Assembly: GCA_016212295.1 (NCBI GenBank)
Contig: JACRGO010000181.1
Coordinates: forward strand, 232-64,231
Origin: Nitrospinota bacterium
GTDB lineage: Bacteria > Nitrospinota > Nitrospinia > JACRGO01
DNA length: 64,000 nucleotides
Reading direction: 5' to 3'
The notes beneath the pieces are model-generated. The model worked only from the letters and a program-made list of their open reading frames with translations, did not search any database and had not been told where the DNA came from. How positions within the stretch are numbered: the stretch's first letter is position 1; every line of letters begins with the position of its first letter. Made by a program: the position numbers and the translations under genes. Of this stretch, positions 47,400 through 57,171 are shown one piece after another.

Positions 47400-48182
47400 G
47401 AGAAGGCGATAAGCCAAGGCTATGTCTATTCGGGACAGTATTCCAGGCACAGGAAAAGAAGGCATGGAAATATGGCGATGGAAAGGCCGCCATCGCAATT
47501 CATCGTCTTCTCCCAAAACCACGACCAGATAGGGAACAGGGCCGCTGGGGACAGGCTGAGCCGCACCCTTTCGCTTGAAAAGCTGAAACTTGCCGCCGGC
47601 ATGGTGGTCCTTTCTCCTTATATTCCCCTCCTGTTCATGGGCGAAGAGTATGGGGAAACCGTTCCTTTTCAGTATTTCGTGAGCCACTCGGACGAGGCCC
47701 TTATCGCTTCCGTGCGCGAGGGAAGGAGGAAGGAATTCGAGTCCTTCCTTTGGCATGGGGAAGTCCCGGACCCCCAGGACGCGGAGACCTTTCGCAGGTC
47801 CAAACTGGACTGGAAAAAAAAAGAGACCGGCGACCACCGGGTCCTGTTGGATTTTTACAAACGAATCATAAGGTTAAGAAAGGAGACGCCAGCCCTTTCC
47901 CGTCCCGATAGAAAAAACATCCGTGCGCAAGGTTTTGAAAGTGAAATGGTTTTGTTAATGACAAGATGGAACGAACGCAGCCGCCTTTTCTGCGCCTTTA
48001 ACTTTAATGAGGCTGATATAAAAGTCACAACCTCTCCATCGGAGGGGACATGGAGGAAGATACTGGATTCCTCGAGCGGGACATGGAACGGCCCAGGACC
48101 GCTTTCTCCCGATGCAATAAAGAAAGGCGGCGTTTTGTCCATAAGGGGAAGCAGTTTTGTTGTCTATGAAAAGGAGGAATAA
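47400..48182 (+). pseudogene. treZ: 5'-truncated malto-oligosyltrehalose trehalohydrolase (C-terminal about 260 aa only)
   Basis: GYVYSGQYS...RRHG, FSQNHDQIGNRAAGDRL, IPLLFMGEEYGE, VREGRRKEF, PDPQDAETF; no N-terminal CBM48 or earlier catalytic segments. Confidence 0.88.
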
Positions 48183-51152
48183 GTGAAAAAAGAGGCTTTG
48201 GGGGCGAGGATACCCCTCTCCACATACAGGCTTCAGTTCAACCGGCTCTTCGGATTCTCCGACGCAAGAAAGAGAATCTCCTACCTCCATGACCTCGGCA
48301 TCAGCGACATTTACTCGTCCCCCTGCCAGAAGGCCAGGGAGGGAAGCCTCCACTGCTACGATATCGTCGACCACAACGCCCTGAACCCCGACATGGGCAG
48401 TGAAAAAGACTACCACGGCATGGTCGGGGAACTGCGGAGGCGCGGGATGGGGCAAATCCTCGATATTGTCCCCAACCATATGTGCATCGCGAGCAGGGAG
48501 AATGCGTGGTGGATGGACGTCCTGGAAAACGGCCCAAGCTCCGTGTATTCAGGCCTCTTTGACATAAACTGGAACCCTGTCAAGGAGGAATTGAAAAATA
48601 AGGTGCTCCTCCCCATCCTGGGCGACCAGTATGGAAAGGTTCTGGAAAACCAGGAACTGCGACTAAGTTTCGAGGAAGGCTCCTTCTTCCTCCACTATTT
48701 TGAACACAAGCTGCCCATAAGGCCCCAGACATACAATTTCGTCCTTGAGTATGCGTTCGACGGGATCAAAGGGCTTCTCCCGGAGGGTGACGCGCGGATG
48801 GAAGAGCTTTTGAGCATCATGACCGCCATAAACCACCTGCCTCCCTACACTGAAACCGTCCCTGAAAATGTCAAGGAGAGGCGCCGTGAAAAAGAGATCA
48901 TAAAAAGGCGCCTGGGGGAAGTCTACATGAAATACTCCGAGGTCAAGGAATTCATCGACGGGAATGTCCTGGCCTTCAACGGAGTGAAGGGAGAGCCCAG
49001 AAGCTTTGACCTCCTGGACAGGCTGATAAGGGAGCAGGTCTACAGGCCTTCCTTCTGGAGGGTCGCCACGGATGAGATAAACTACCGGAGGTTCTTTGAC
49101 ATAAGCGAGCTTGCAGCCATCAGGATGGAAGACCCGCCCGTCTTCCGGGAGACCCATAGGCTGATCCTCAGGCTCATAAGGGAGGGAGCGGTCACCGGCC
49201 TCAGGGTCGACCACCCCGACGGTCTTTACAATCCAGGGGAGTATATGCTGGCCCTCCTGAAGGCATGCTGCCTGCAAGCAAGGCTGGCCGAAGCCGGGGG
49301 AGAAGATGAAGAAGGCGCCATGAGGGAATGCGACCGGCTTTTTTCTTCCGATCCCCGGGCAAAGCCCTTCTATATCATGGGAGAAAAAATACTCGTCAAG
49401 GGGGAAAAAGTACCTGAAGACTGGCCTATCTTCAGCACGACGGGATACGCCTTCTTGAATTCCCTGAACGGAGTATTCATTGATGCGTCCAATGCAAGGG
49501 CATTTGAAGGCATTTACTCCAGGTTTACCGGCATCAAGAGGGATTTCGCGGACATAGTATACGAAAAAAAGAGGCTTGTCATGAAGGTCGCCATGTCCAG
49601 TGAGATCAATGCCCTTGCCCACATCCTCAACAGGATATCGGAAGACGACCGGCACACGCGGGATTTCACGCTGAACAGCCTGAGGGCCGCGATCATGGAG
49701 GTCATTGCCTTCTTTCCCGTGTATAGAACATACATAACCGCGAATGGGATCAACGACAGGGACAAGAGATATATTGATGCGGCGGTATCAAGGGCCAAGC
49801 GGAGGAACCCGGCCATCAGCGAATCCACATTCAACTTCCTGAAGGACGTCCTTGAGCTCAATTATCCGGCCTATATCGAAGAGGACAAGCGAGGCGGCTG
49901 GCTCGATTTTACCATGAGGTTCCAACAGATCACAGGTCCGGTAATGGCAAAAGGGGTGGAAGACACCGCTTTTTACGTGTACAACCGTTTCGTCTCGCTG
50001 AATGAGGTGGGCGGGAGCCCCGAAAGATTCGGGACTTCCCTTGACGCCTTTCACGGACAGAACATAGAGAGAAACAAGCTTTGGCCCCATGCCCTCGTGG
50101 CCACTTCCACCCACGACACCAAAAGGAGCGAGGATGTGAGGGCCAGGCTGAACGTCCTTTCCGAGATGCCCCGCGAGTGGCGGTTACACGTCGTTTACTG
50201 GGGGAGGATAAATAAAAAGAACAAGGCCGCCGTTGACGGCGGCCTGGCCGCGCCGGACCGGAACGAGGAATATCTTTTTTATCAAACCCTTGTTGGAGCG
50301 TGGCCGCTTGGCGCAATGGATGCCGCATCGCGTAAGGAGTTCACAAGGAGGATCAGGGAATATATGCTGAAGGCCATCCGTGAGGCGAAGGTAAACTCCA
50401 GTTGGATAAATCCGAACACGGCTTACGAAGACGCAGTAACCGCCTTCATTGAGAAAACCTTGACGCCTTCGAGGGAGAACCGTTTCCTCATGGACATGGA
50501 GGCGTTTCAAAATAATATATCATGGTACGGAAAATTCAATTCATTGTCCCAGACCCTCCTCAAAATACTCTCTCCCGGGGTCCCGGACTTTTATCAGGGG
50601 AACGAGTTGTTCGACTTCAGCTTGGTGGACCCGGACAACAGGAGGCTGGTGGACTATGGCCTGAGAATCAGTATGCTGGAGGAATTAAAAAAAAGGGAAA
50701 AGGAAATACTGGCGGGTGAGCTGATGTCCGGCATGGGCGGCGATCCCGGCAGGATAAAACTTTATCTCACCTGGAAGGCGCTGAACTGGCGCAAGGAAAA
50801 CCGGGAACTTTTCGAAAACGGGGAATACATCCCCCTCGACGCGGACGGGGAAAGGAAAGACCATATCTGCGCCTTTTCAAGAAGACTGGAGGGGAGAGAG
50901 GCGATTGTCGCGGTCCCGAGGTTCCTCGCCAGGCTCGCCCCTCCAGGCAGGCCGCCGCTCGGAGAAGAGGCGTGGGGCGACTCTTTCGTTATCGTCGAGG
51001 CCGGAAGTTACAGGAACATATTCACAGGCGAGGTGGTCGAGGCCGTGGAACGGGAAGAACGCCCGGCGCTTCCTGCTTCCGCATTATTCAAGGACCTGCC
51101 GTTCGCCATGATGGAAAAAATCGCCGCGAAAGCAGGAATCCAGCGGTTTTAA
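48183..51152 (+). CDS. treY: Malto-oligosyltrehalose synthase
   Basis: STYRLQF, DIVPNHM, INYRRFFDI, GLRVDHPDGL, TSTHDTKRSEDVRARL, PGVPDFYQG. Confidence 0.96.
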   Translation: MKKEALGARIPLSTYRLQFNRLFGFSDARKRISYLHDLGISDIYSSPCQKAREGSLHCYDIVDHNALNPDMGSEKDYHGMVGELRRRGMGQILDIVPNHMCIASRENAWWMDVLENGPSSVYSGLFDINWNPVKEELKNKVLLPILGDQYGKVLENQELRLSFEEGSFFLHYFEHKLPIRPQTYNFVLEYAFDGIKGLLPEGDARMEELLSIMTAINHLPPYTETVPENVKERRREKEIIKRRLGEVYMKYSEVKEFIDGNVLAFNGVKGEPRSFDLLDRLIREQVYRPSFWRVATDEINYRRFFDISELAAIRMEDPPVFRETHRLILRLIREGAVTGLRVDHPDGLYNPGEYMLALLKACCLQARLAEAGGEDEEGAMRECDRLFSSDPRAKPFYIMGEKILVKGEKVPEDWPIFSTTGYAFLNSLNGVFIDASNARAFEGIYSRFTGIKRDFADIVYEKKRLVMKVAMSSEINALAHILNRISEDDRHTRDFTLNSLRAAIMEVIAFFPVYRTYITANGINDRDKRYIDAAVSRAKRRNPAISESTFNFLKDVLELNYPAYIEEDKRGGWLDFTMRFQQITGPVMAKGVEDTAFYVYNRFVSLNEVGGSPERFGTSLDAFHGQNIERNKLWPHALVATSTHDTKRSEDVRARLNVLSEMPREWRLHVVYWGRINKKNKAAVDGGLAAPDRNEEYLFYQTLVGAWPLGAMDAASRKEFTRRIREYMLKAIREAKVNSSWINPNTAYEDAVTAFIEKTLTPSRENRFLMDMEAFQNNISWYGKFNSLSQTLLKILSPGVPDFYQGNELFDFSLVDPDNRRLVDYGLRISMLEELKKREKEILAGELMSGMGGDPGRIKLYLTWKALNWRKENRELFENGEYIPLDADGERKDHICAFSRRLEGREAIVAVPRFLARLAPPGRPPLGEEAWGDSFVIVEAGSYRNIFTGEVVEAVEREERPALPASALFKDLPFAMMEKIAAKAGIQRF

Positions 51153-51205
51153 TTCTTCTTTCAGAAAAACAATATGAACCACGAATAAATCACCGCCATA
51201 CCGCC

Positions 51206-54200
51206 ATGAATAAAAATTCCAAAAAACTAATCACCGCCGATGATCCAGGCTGGTATAAGGATGCCGTTATTTACCAGCTTCATATCAGGTCCTTTTTTGA
51301 CAGCAACAATAACGGCATCGGAGATATCAACGGAGTCACCGCCAAGCTTGGTTATCTGGAGAGCCTGGGCGTCACCGCCGTCTGGCTCCTTCCCTTTTAT
51401 CCGTCGCCGCTTAAGGATGACGGGTATGATATCGCCGATTATTACGGAATCCACCCGGATTACGGGACCTTGAATGATTTCAAGAGATTTTTGCGGGAGG
51501 CCCATCTGCGGGGGATGAAGGTCATCACCGAGCTTGTCCTGAACCACACCTCGGACCGGCATGAATGGTTTCAAAAATCGCGCAACGCCCCCAAGGGAAG
51601 CCCCTGGCGAGACTATTATGTCTGGAGCGACACGCCGGACAAGTATAATGGCGTGCGCATCATCTTCCAGGATTTCGAGACCTCCAACTGGAGCTGGGAC
51701 CCGGTTGCGAAGGCATATTTCTGGCACAGGTTTTATTCGCATCAACCGGACCTGAATTTTGATAATCCGCAAGTGCGCAAGGAAATGTTCAAGGTCATTG
51801 ATTACTGGATGGAGATGGGGGTGGACGGCATGAGGCTTGACGCCGTGCCGTATCTCTTGGAGCGTGACGGCACCAATTGCGAGAACCTGCCCGAGACCTA
51901 TGATTTTCTCCGGCAGCTCAGGTCGCATCTCGACAAAAAATTCAAGAACCGCATGCTCCTGGCCGAGGCGAACCAGTGGCCCGAGGACGCAGTTGCCTAT
52001 TTCGGGAAGGGGGACATCTGCCACATGGCCTTCAATTTCCCGCTCATGCCCCGCATGTTCATGGCCCTGCAGATGGAGGACTGGTTTCCCATCGTTGACA
52101 TTTATGAGCAGATCCCGCCCATACCGGAGGAGTGCCAATGGGCTATCTTTCTGCGGAACCATGATGAGTTGACGCTTGAGATGGTCACCGACGAGGAGCG
52201 CGACTACATGTACAAGGTCTATGCCCACGACCATACGGCCAGAATCAATTTAGGAATACGCCGGAGGCTTGCGCCTCTTTTGAACAACAGCCGGCGGAGG
52301 ATCGAGATACTTAGCCTGCTTCTCTTTTCCCTGCCCGGCACTCCCGTGATTTATTATGGAGATGAAATCGGCATGGGGGACAATTACTACCTGGGGGACC
52401 GCAACGGGGTAAGGACGCCAATGCAGTGGACCGGCGACCGGAACGCCGGGTTCTCCACCGCGAACCCCCAGAAAATTTTCCTGCCGGTCATAATAGACCC
52501 GGATTATCATTATCACTCCATAAACACGGAAAACCAGGAAAAAAGCCTCTCGTCATTGCTATGGTGGATCAGGCGCATCATCGCCATGCGCAAACAACAC
52601 AAGGCGTTCAGCCGCGGCGGCATCAAATTCCTGCATTGCGAAAACCAGGCCGTTTTGGCCTTTGTCCGCCGCTTTCGAGGATGAGCATATTCTCGTAATA
52701 GTCAATCTGTCACGCTTTCCGCAGGCCGTGGAGCTGGACCTGGCCGAGTACGCCGGCTGGTATCCAGAGGAAATGTTCGGCAAAAACCGTTTCCCGGCGA
52801 TAAAGGCACAGCCCTATGTCTTTACCGCCGGGTCACACTCCTACTTCTGGTTTTTACTGCACCAGGAAGAATCGCATTCAACCATGTCCGCTTCAAGCAA
52901 GACGCCTGAACTGGAGGTCCGGAACGGCTGGGGAGATATTTTAAAGGGCCGTTTGCTGGACAGGCTTGAAAAGGAAATTCTTCCATCCTACCTTGCCCGG
53001 CAACGATGGTTTGTGCCAAAGGGCAAAATTTCAGGCGTCACGGTTCTTGACGTACTGGACAAGGCAAAACGAAAACTGGATTTTCAATTTTTGCTGTTGG
53101 AGGTAAAGCATACATCCGGGCTGCAGGATATTTATTTCCTGCCCGTGGCCCTTTACTCCATTGAGCGCCTTGATGCCATGATGAAGGAATGCCCTGAAGC
53201 GGTCATCGCTGTCATACGCGGAAAGACGGCTGGAGTGCTGATGGATGGATGCCACGCGGAAGGCGTCCGGCGGGAATTATTTTCCTGCGTGCTGAATAAG
53301 CGGTCCCTTCGCGCCTTGAAGGGGACCTTCGAAGGCTCCCTCGCAGGAAAATATCTTTCGAGAAACAATAAAAATATGCTGGCCGGATCGAGGGCCACGC
53401 TTGTAAGGGTCAACCGGCACAACACCGCCCTTTCCCTGGACGACAAACATTATCTCACGCTTTTCCGCATGTGCGATTTCGGGACTAATCCAAACGCGGA
53501 AGTGGTTTCCTTTCTTTCCCGGAGGACGATGTTCAATAACTTCGCCCCGCTCGTCGGGTTGCTGGAATACCGGAGCAACGGGGAATCCATTATCCTGGGC
53601 ATGGCGCAGGAATTTGTCGCGTCCACCGGAAATGCCTGGACATATACCCTGGGCGCGCTGAAGGGATATTTTGAGATGGTCCTTCTGAAAAAAAACAAGC
53701 TCCAAGCGCATATCCGCGAAGTGCTGCCGTTTCCGTTGGAACGTAGGATAGGGGAGGTCCCGGATTGGTTCGCGAAGTTGATCGGCGGAGGTTTTCGCGG
53801 CGCGGTGGAAAGGATGGGGGTTTGCACCGCGAGAATGCATCGCGCCCTGGCGGAGGAAATTTCCGATCCCGCTTTCATGCCCGAACCGTTCACGCTCCTG
53901 TTCCAGCGGTCCATGCGCCAGTCTCTGCAAAACCGGGCGAAACGGGTTTTCATGGCCCTGAAGAGGAGGGTGAAGCATGTACCCCCGCCGGCGCGCGCCA
54001 GGCTTGAAGGGGTCATTAAGATGGAGAAGAGCGTCCTGGAGGCTTACAGCCAGGTGTCACGGGAAAAGTTGAACTTGTATAAGACGCGGATTCATGGCGA
54101 TTACAACCTCACTCAGCTTCTGTGCACCGGCCAGGACTTCACCGTGATCGGGTTCGGAGGAAGGCCGTCCAGGACCCAGAGCGAACGCCGTCTCAAGCAG

Positions 54201-54542
54201 TCGCCCATCCGTGACGTGGCCGGCCTTATCCGCTCCTTTCACTATGCGGCATACACGGCGCTGAGGAATTATGCCCATCTCTTTCCGCATGGGGCCGAAG
54301 AGGAAGGATTTTCTCCATGGGCGGACGTATGGTATAAACTCATCGTGGAAATTTTTCTTAAATCCTATCTCGACGAAGTGGAGAGCCGGCCGGTCCTTGC
54401 CCCGCGCCAGGAACTGAAACTAATGGCGAAGGTGATGATCCTGGATGAGGCGATGGGCGAGTTGGACAGGGAAACGGAGTTGAATTCCGATAATATCGCC
54501 ATACCCATTCTCGCCATTGAGCATGTTATCAATGGCGGATAG
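51206..54542 (+). pseudogene. treS: Trehalose synthase / maltokinase fusion (TreS-Mak) split by a single-base frameshift at about 52675
   Basis: ORF1 WYKDAVIYQ...RLDAVPYL...FLRNHDELTLE...AFVRR; ORF2 FEDEHILVIVNLSRF...RIHGDYNL...SPIRDVAGLIRSFHYAA; removing one T from TTT 52673-52675 gives a continuous VRRFEDEHIL. Confidence 0.85.
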
Positions 54543-54594
54543 GGTTATTAAGGGTCGCATAGCGCGGCGTGGACGGGCGGAGATGCTTGCTTTC

Positions 54595-55001
54595 CTACGA
54601 GATGTATTTTTTCACCCTGGAAATCAGGTCCTCCAGCGTGACCGTTTTTCCCACGAAGTCATTGGCCCCAAGCCTGAACGCCCTTTCCCTGGTTTCCAGC
54701 AGGGCATCGGAGGTGATCACGATTATGGGGGTTGATTTCGTCCCGGGAAGGTCCCTCATTTGCTTTATGAATTCAAAGCCGTCCATGGCCGGCATCATGA
54801 GGTCCACTATAATCAAATGCGGGTCAAAGCCTTCAAGCGAGGCAAGGGCTTCCCGTCCGTCCGCAACCGCCATGATCTCAAGGCATATAGGAAGTCCCAA
54901 GCCCGTCCCCTTTTCCCCCGCGGTCCTCGACGACTTGATGTTTTTGTTCAGGTTGGGGACGAATTCATCCTGATAATATTTCCTGGCGTATTCCGGTTAT
55001 T
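54595..55001 (-). pseudogene. Collapsed remnant of a paralogue of the 41611-44559 hybrid kinase
   Basis: One frame reads EYARKYYQDEFVPNLNKNIKSSRTA-GEKGTGLGLPIC-LEIMAVADGREAL...EDLISRVKKYIS, matching three widely separated parts of the intact kinase. Confidence 0.85.
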
Positions 55002-56065
55002 AGTTTGCTGGACGGGTCGCCTGGGGTGAAAAACGCCTTTGTTTCAGCGTAACTGGTAAGCGGCGATTTGGACAATGGGCCTGTCTTGGAGTGGCATACG
55101 ACGCATTTTTTGTCAAGGATGCCCTTTATATTCGCGATATAAGTCAAAACCTGGGCCGCGTTTCCACCGCCGCCCGCATTGCCGGAGTTATTCCCGCCAA
55201 TGGCGCTTCCCTGATTTATCTTCAGTTGGGCTTTATCATTGATAATCCAGCTTTTAAGGATTTCAGTCTCGGCAGGGGTCAGATAATAGCTCATTGAACC
55301 GCCCTTTTGGGTTTTTTTCAAGAGCTTGCTCCTGACGCTCCCGGGCTTGACGTACCTCATGACCTTGCCATAGTAATTAAGGGGCGACTTGCCCCTGGCA
55401 TGGCATTGGGTGCATTTCTGATCGAGGATTTTCTTTACGTGAGGATTATATGCATAGGAAGAACTTGTTTTATTGTTGCCTCCATTGCCGGCATTTCCCG
55501 CATTCCCGTTTCCAGGGCCTGCCACGGTGGCCTGATTATTTATGTAAACCCTGGCTAAGGATTTTCCTTCATGGCAACCTGTGGAATTGCATCCTCCGTA
55601 GGAAGGTTGTGTCGCCATTGCCGCAGTCCTGGAACCTTGCGTTATGGTTATGGCGTATGGGCCGTAAAAATTTTGTTTTGTATAAAAATTTCCAAGGCGG
55701 TCGGTTTCCATGGTGATTATTCCCTGGCTTGTCCGGGCGCTGACTATGGCCCCCTGCGCTGGAGCGCCCCCGCTTGGATTTGAGTAAACTGTCCCGGAAA
55801 GGGTGAAATGGTGGCAACTGGAGCAGTCCCGCCCAGGATTATGGGTCCCATCATCCCCATTGCTACTTTCATGGCCGTCATCATGATCGCCGCCATCCTC
55901 GCCAAAATCTTCCCTATCGCCGCCTTCGTCATCGCCGCGCATGAAAATATTTTCCGTTTTACTGGAGTTCGATGAGGCATGGGCGGCATCAATGGCATAA
56001 ACAATAAGGAAAGCAATGGCCGCCAATATTATTGATGCGATTTTAAATCTGTTTTTGCTTGGCAT
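54965..56065 (-). CDS. Exported multiheme c-type cytochrome, last domain apparently truncated
   Basis: Signal peptide, acidic D/G/H tract, CSSCH, CNSTGCH (CX4CH), CTQCH, CVVCH; two similar C-terminal domains joined by G/N linkers. Confidence 0.82.
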   Translation of the reverse strand: MPSKNRFKIASIILAAIAFLIVYAIDAAHASSNSSKTENIFMRGDDEGGDREDFGEDGGDHDDGHESSNGDDGTHNPGRDCSSCHHFTLSGTVYSNPSGGAPAQGAIVSARTSQGIITMETDRLGNFYTKQNFYGPYAITITQGSRTAAMATQPSYGGCNSTGCHEGKSLARVYINNQATVAGPGNGNAGNAGNGGNNKTSSSYAYNPHVKKILDQKCTQCHARGKSPLNYYGKVMRYVKPGSVRSKLLKKTQKGGSMSYYLTPAETEILKSWIINDKAQLKINQGSAIGGNNSGNAGGGGNAAQVLTYIANIKGILDKKCVVCHSKTGPLSKSPLTSYAETKAFFTPGDPSSKLITGIRQEILSG

Positions 56066-56108
56066 GGGTCATCTCCTTGAAAATTTTTACCCCTCACCCT
56101 CTTATTAC

Positions 56109-56123
56109 GCAACATGCATACCA
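56109..56123 (-). promoter_or_regulatory. Putative sigma-54 (-24/-12) promoter of the cytochrome gene; IHF-consensus site at 56163-56175
   Basis: Minus strand TGGTATGCATGTTGC (GG-N10-GC) 44 bp upstream of the ATG; AATCAAGGAATTA matches WATCAANNNNTTR. Confidence 0.6.
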
Positions 56124-56289
56124 TTGCTTACGAAAAATTTAGATTTTGGTTTGTTCCTTTAAAATCAAGGAATTAGGCCGTGCCGCCGCAACAGGGCTGA
56201 TTCGCGGACTGTTACCATGAGAGACACTTACGGGGAAAAGACTGGTTAAGGCAAGGCTGATTGCAGGCTGATTTGCTATGAAGAAACGA

Positions 56290-56328
56290 AAAAAGCCGAT
56301 GGCCCTATAAAGATCCATCGGCTTTTTC
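56290..56328 (-). terminator. Intrinsic terminator after the Reeler-domain gene
   Basis: AAAAAGCCGATGG-loop-CCATCGGCTTTTT, 15 bp past the stop at 56344. Confidence 0.7.
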
Positions 56329-56343
56329 ATGAAGGCGGGCTGA

Positions 56344-56970
56344 CTACATTTCACTGATCTTGACAACGCCATAATAAGCAGCGTCATTGGTTGATATGGC
56401 GTCTCCATTTCCGGCAATCAAGCCGTAATAAAACGTGACAGTTCCGGTCCCAACCGCCGGCGCTGTCCATTTAAAGGACCATGAAGAAACTTTGGTTTTA
56501 TTGTTGTGCGTATTTTCAATCAACTGAATTTTTTTCCTTGTGTCGGAATCCGTGTCATAATAAGCCAAACTGAATTTCCCTTTTATAAATTTTCCGGCGC
56601 TGTTGCCATTGGGATCACGAGCGGACATCTGGAAGCCATTTATATTGCCGGGTTTCGGGACGGAGATGGCCAGGTTGTACGTTTTCCCCGGTGAATATTT
56701 TACAAATTTTTTTCGTCCATCCTTCAACTGAAGATTTTTCAATATTCCTTTTGACTTATTGCTGCTCTTGGTATGGCAAGTGGCATTGGTCGCGCAGGTT
56801 CCAGCGGAGGCAACAGAGCCGTCCACTATTTTATTCCACAGGATTCCCTTTGGGTCTGATGTTTTTTTTTGGGTAATGTTGTATGCCTCACCCTTATTCG
56901 ATGCCGCGAAAAACAATACCGCTCCCAAAACCAATGAAACCATCCCTTTTACATTATTACGCTTGTCCAT
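56344..56970 (-). CDS. Secreted Reeler-like domain protein with atypical CX5CH motif
   Basis: Signal peptide, GTCATNATCH, YSPGKTYNLAI, GFQMSA, WSFKWTAPAVGTGTVTFY...NGD; start MDKRNN after GGAG. Confidence 0.75.
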   Translation of the reverse strand: MDKRNNVKGMVSLVLGAVLFFAASNKGEAYNITQKKTSDPKGILWNKIVDGSVASAGTCATNATCHTKSSNKSKGILKNLQLKDGRKKFVKYSPGKTYNLAISVPKPGNINGFQMSARDPNGNSAGKFIKGKFSLAYYDTDSDTRKKIQLIENTHNNKTKVSSWSFKWTAPAVGTGTVTFYYGLIAGNGDAISTNDAAYYGVVKISEM

Positions 56971-57015
56971 GCCATTCTCCAAGGTTGATAAATTTTGATT
57001 CTTATAAAATGAGGG

Positions 57016-57032
57016 AGCAAGCATCATGCCAA
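57016..57032 (-). promoter_or_regulatory. Putative sigma-54 promoter of the Reeler-domain gene
   Basis: Minus strand TTGGCATGATGCTTGCT, close to the YTGGCACG-N4-TTGCW consensus, 46 bp upstream of the ATG. Confidence 0.7.
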
Positions 57033-57171
57033 TCACCATAGCTACTGTATGCAAGGCGTCAAAAATAAATACAGGTGAAAAATGACCTGCATGAAGACAA
57101 ATTATGTTCCTCTTCTGAACATAAAAAAATTTGTACTTATGAAACTTGCCTATTGCCAATGCCGCCAGGAT

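Noticed and set aside
47397-47837. 147-aa N-terminal extension of the CPA1 antiporter in the ORF track
   Set aside because: It is the antisense reading of the treZ fragment; antiporter similarity starts at MNERII.
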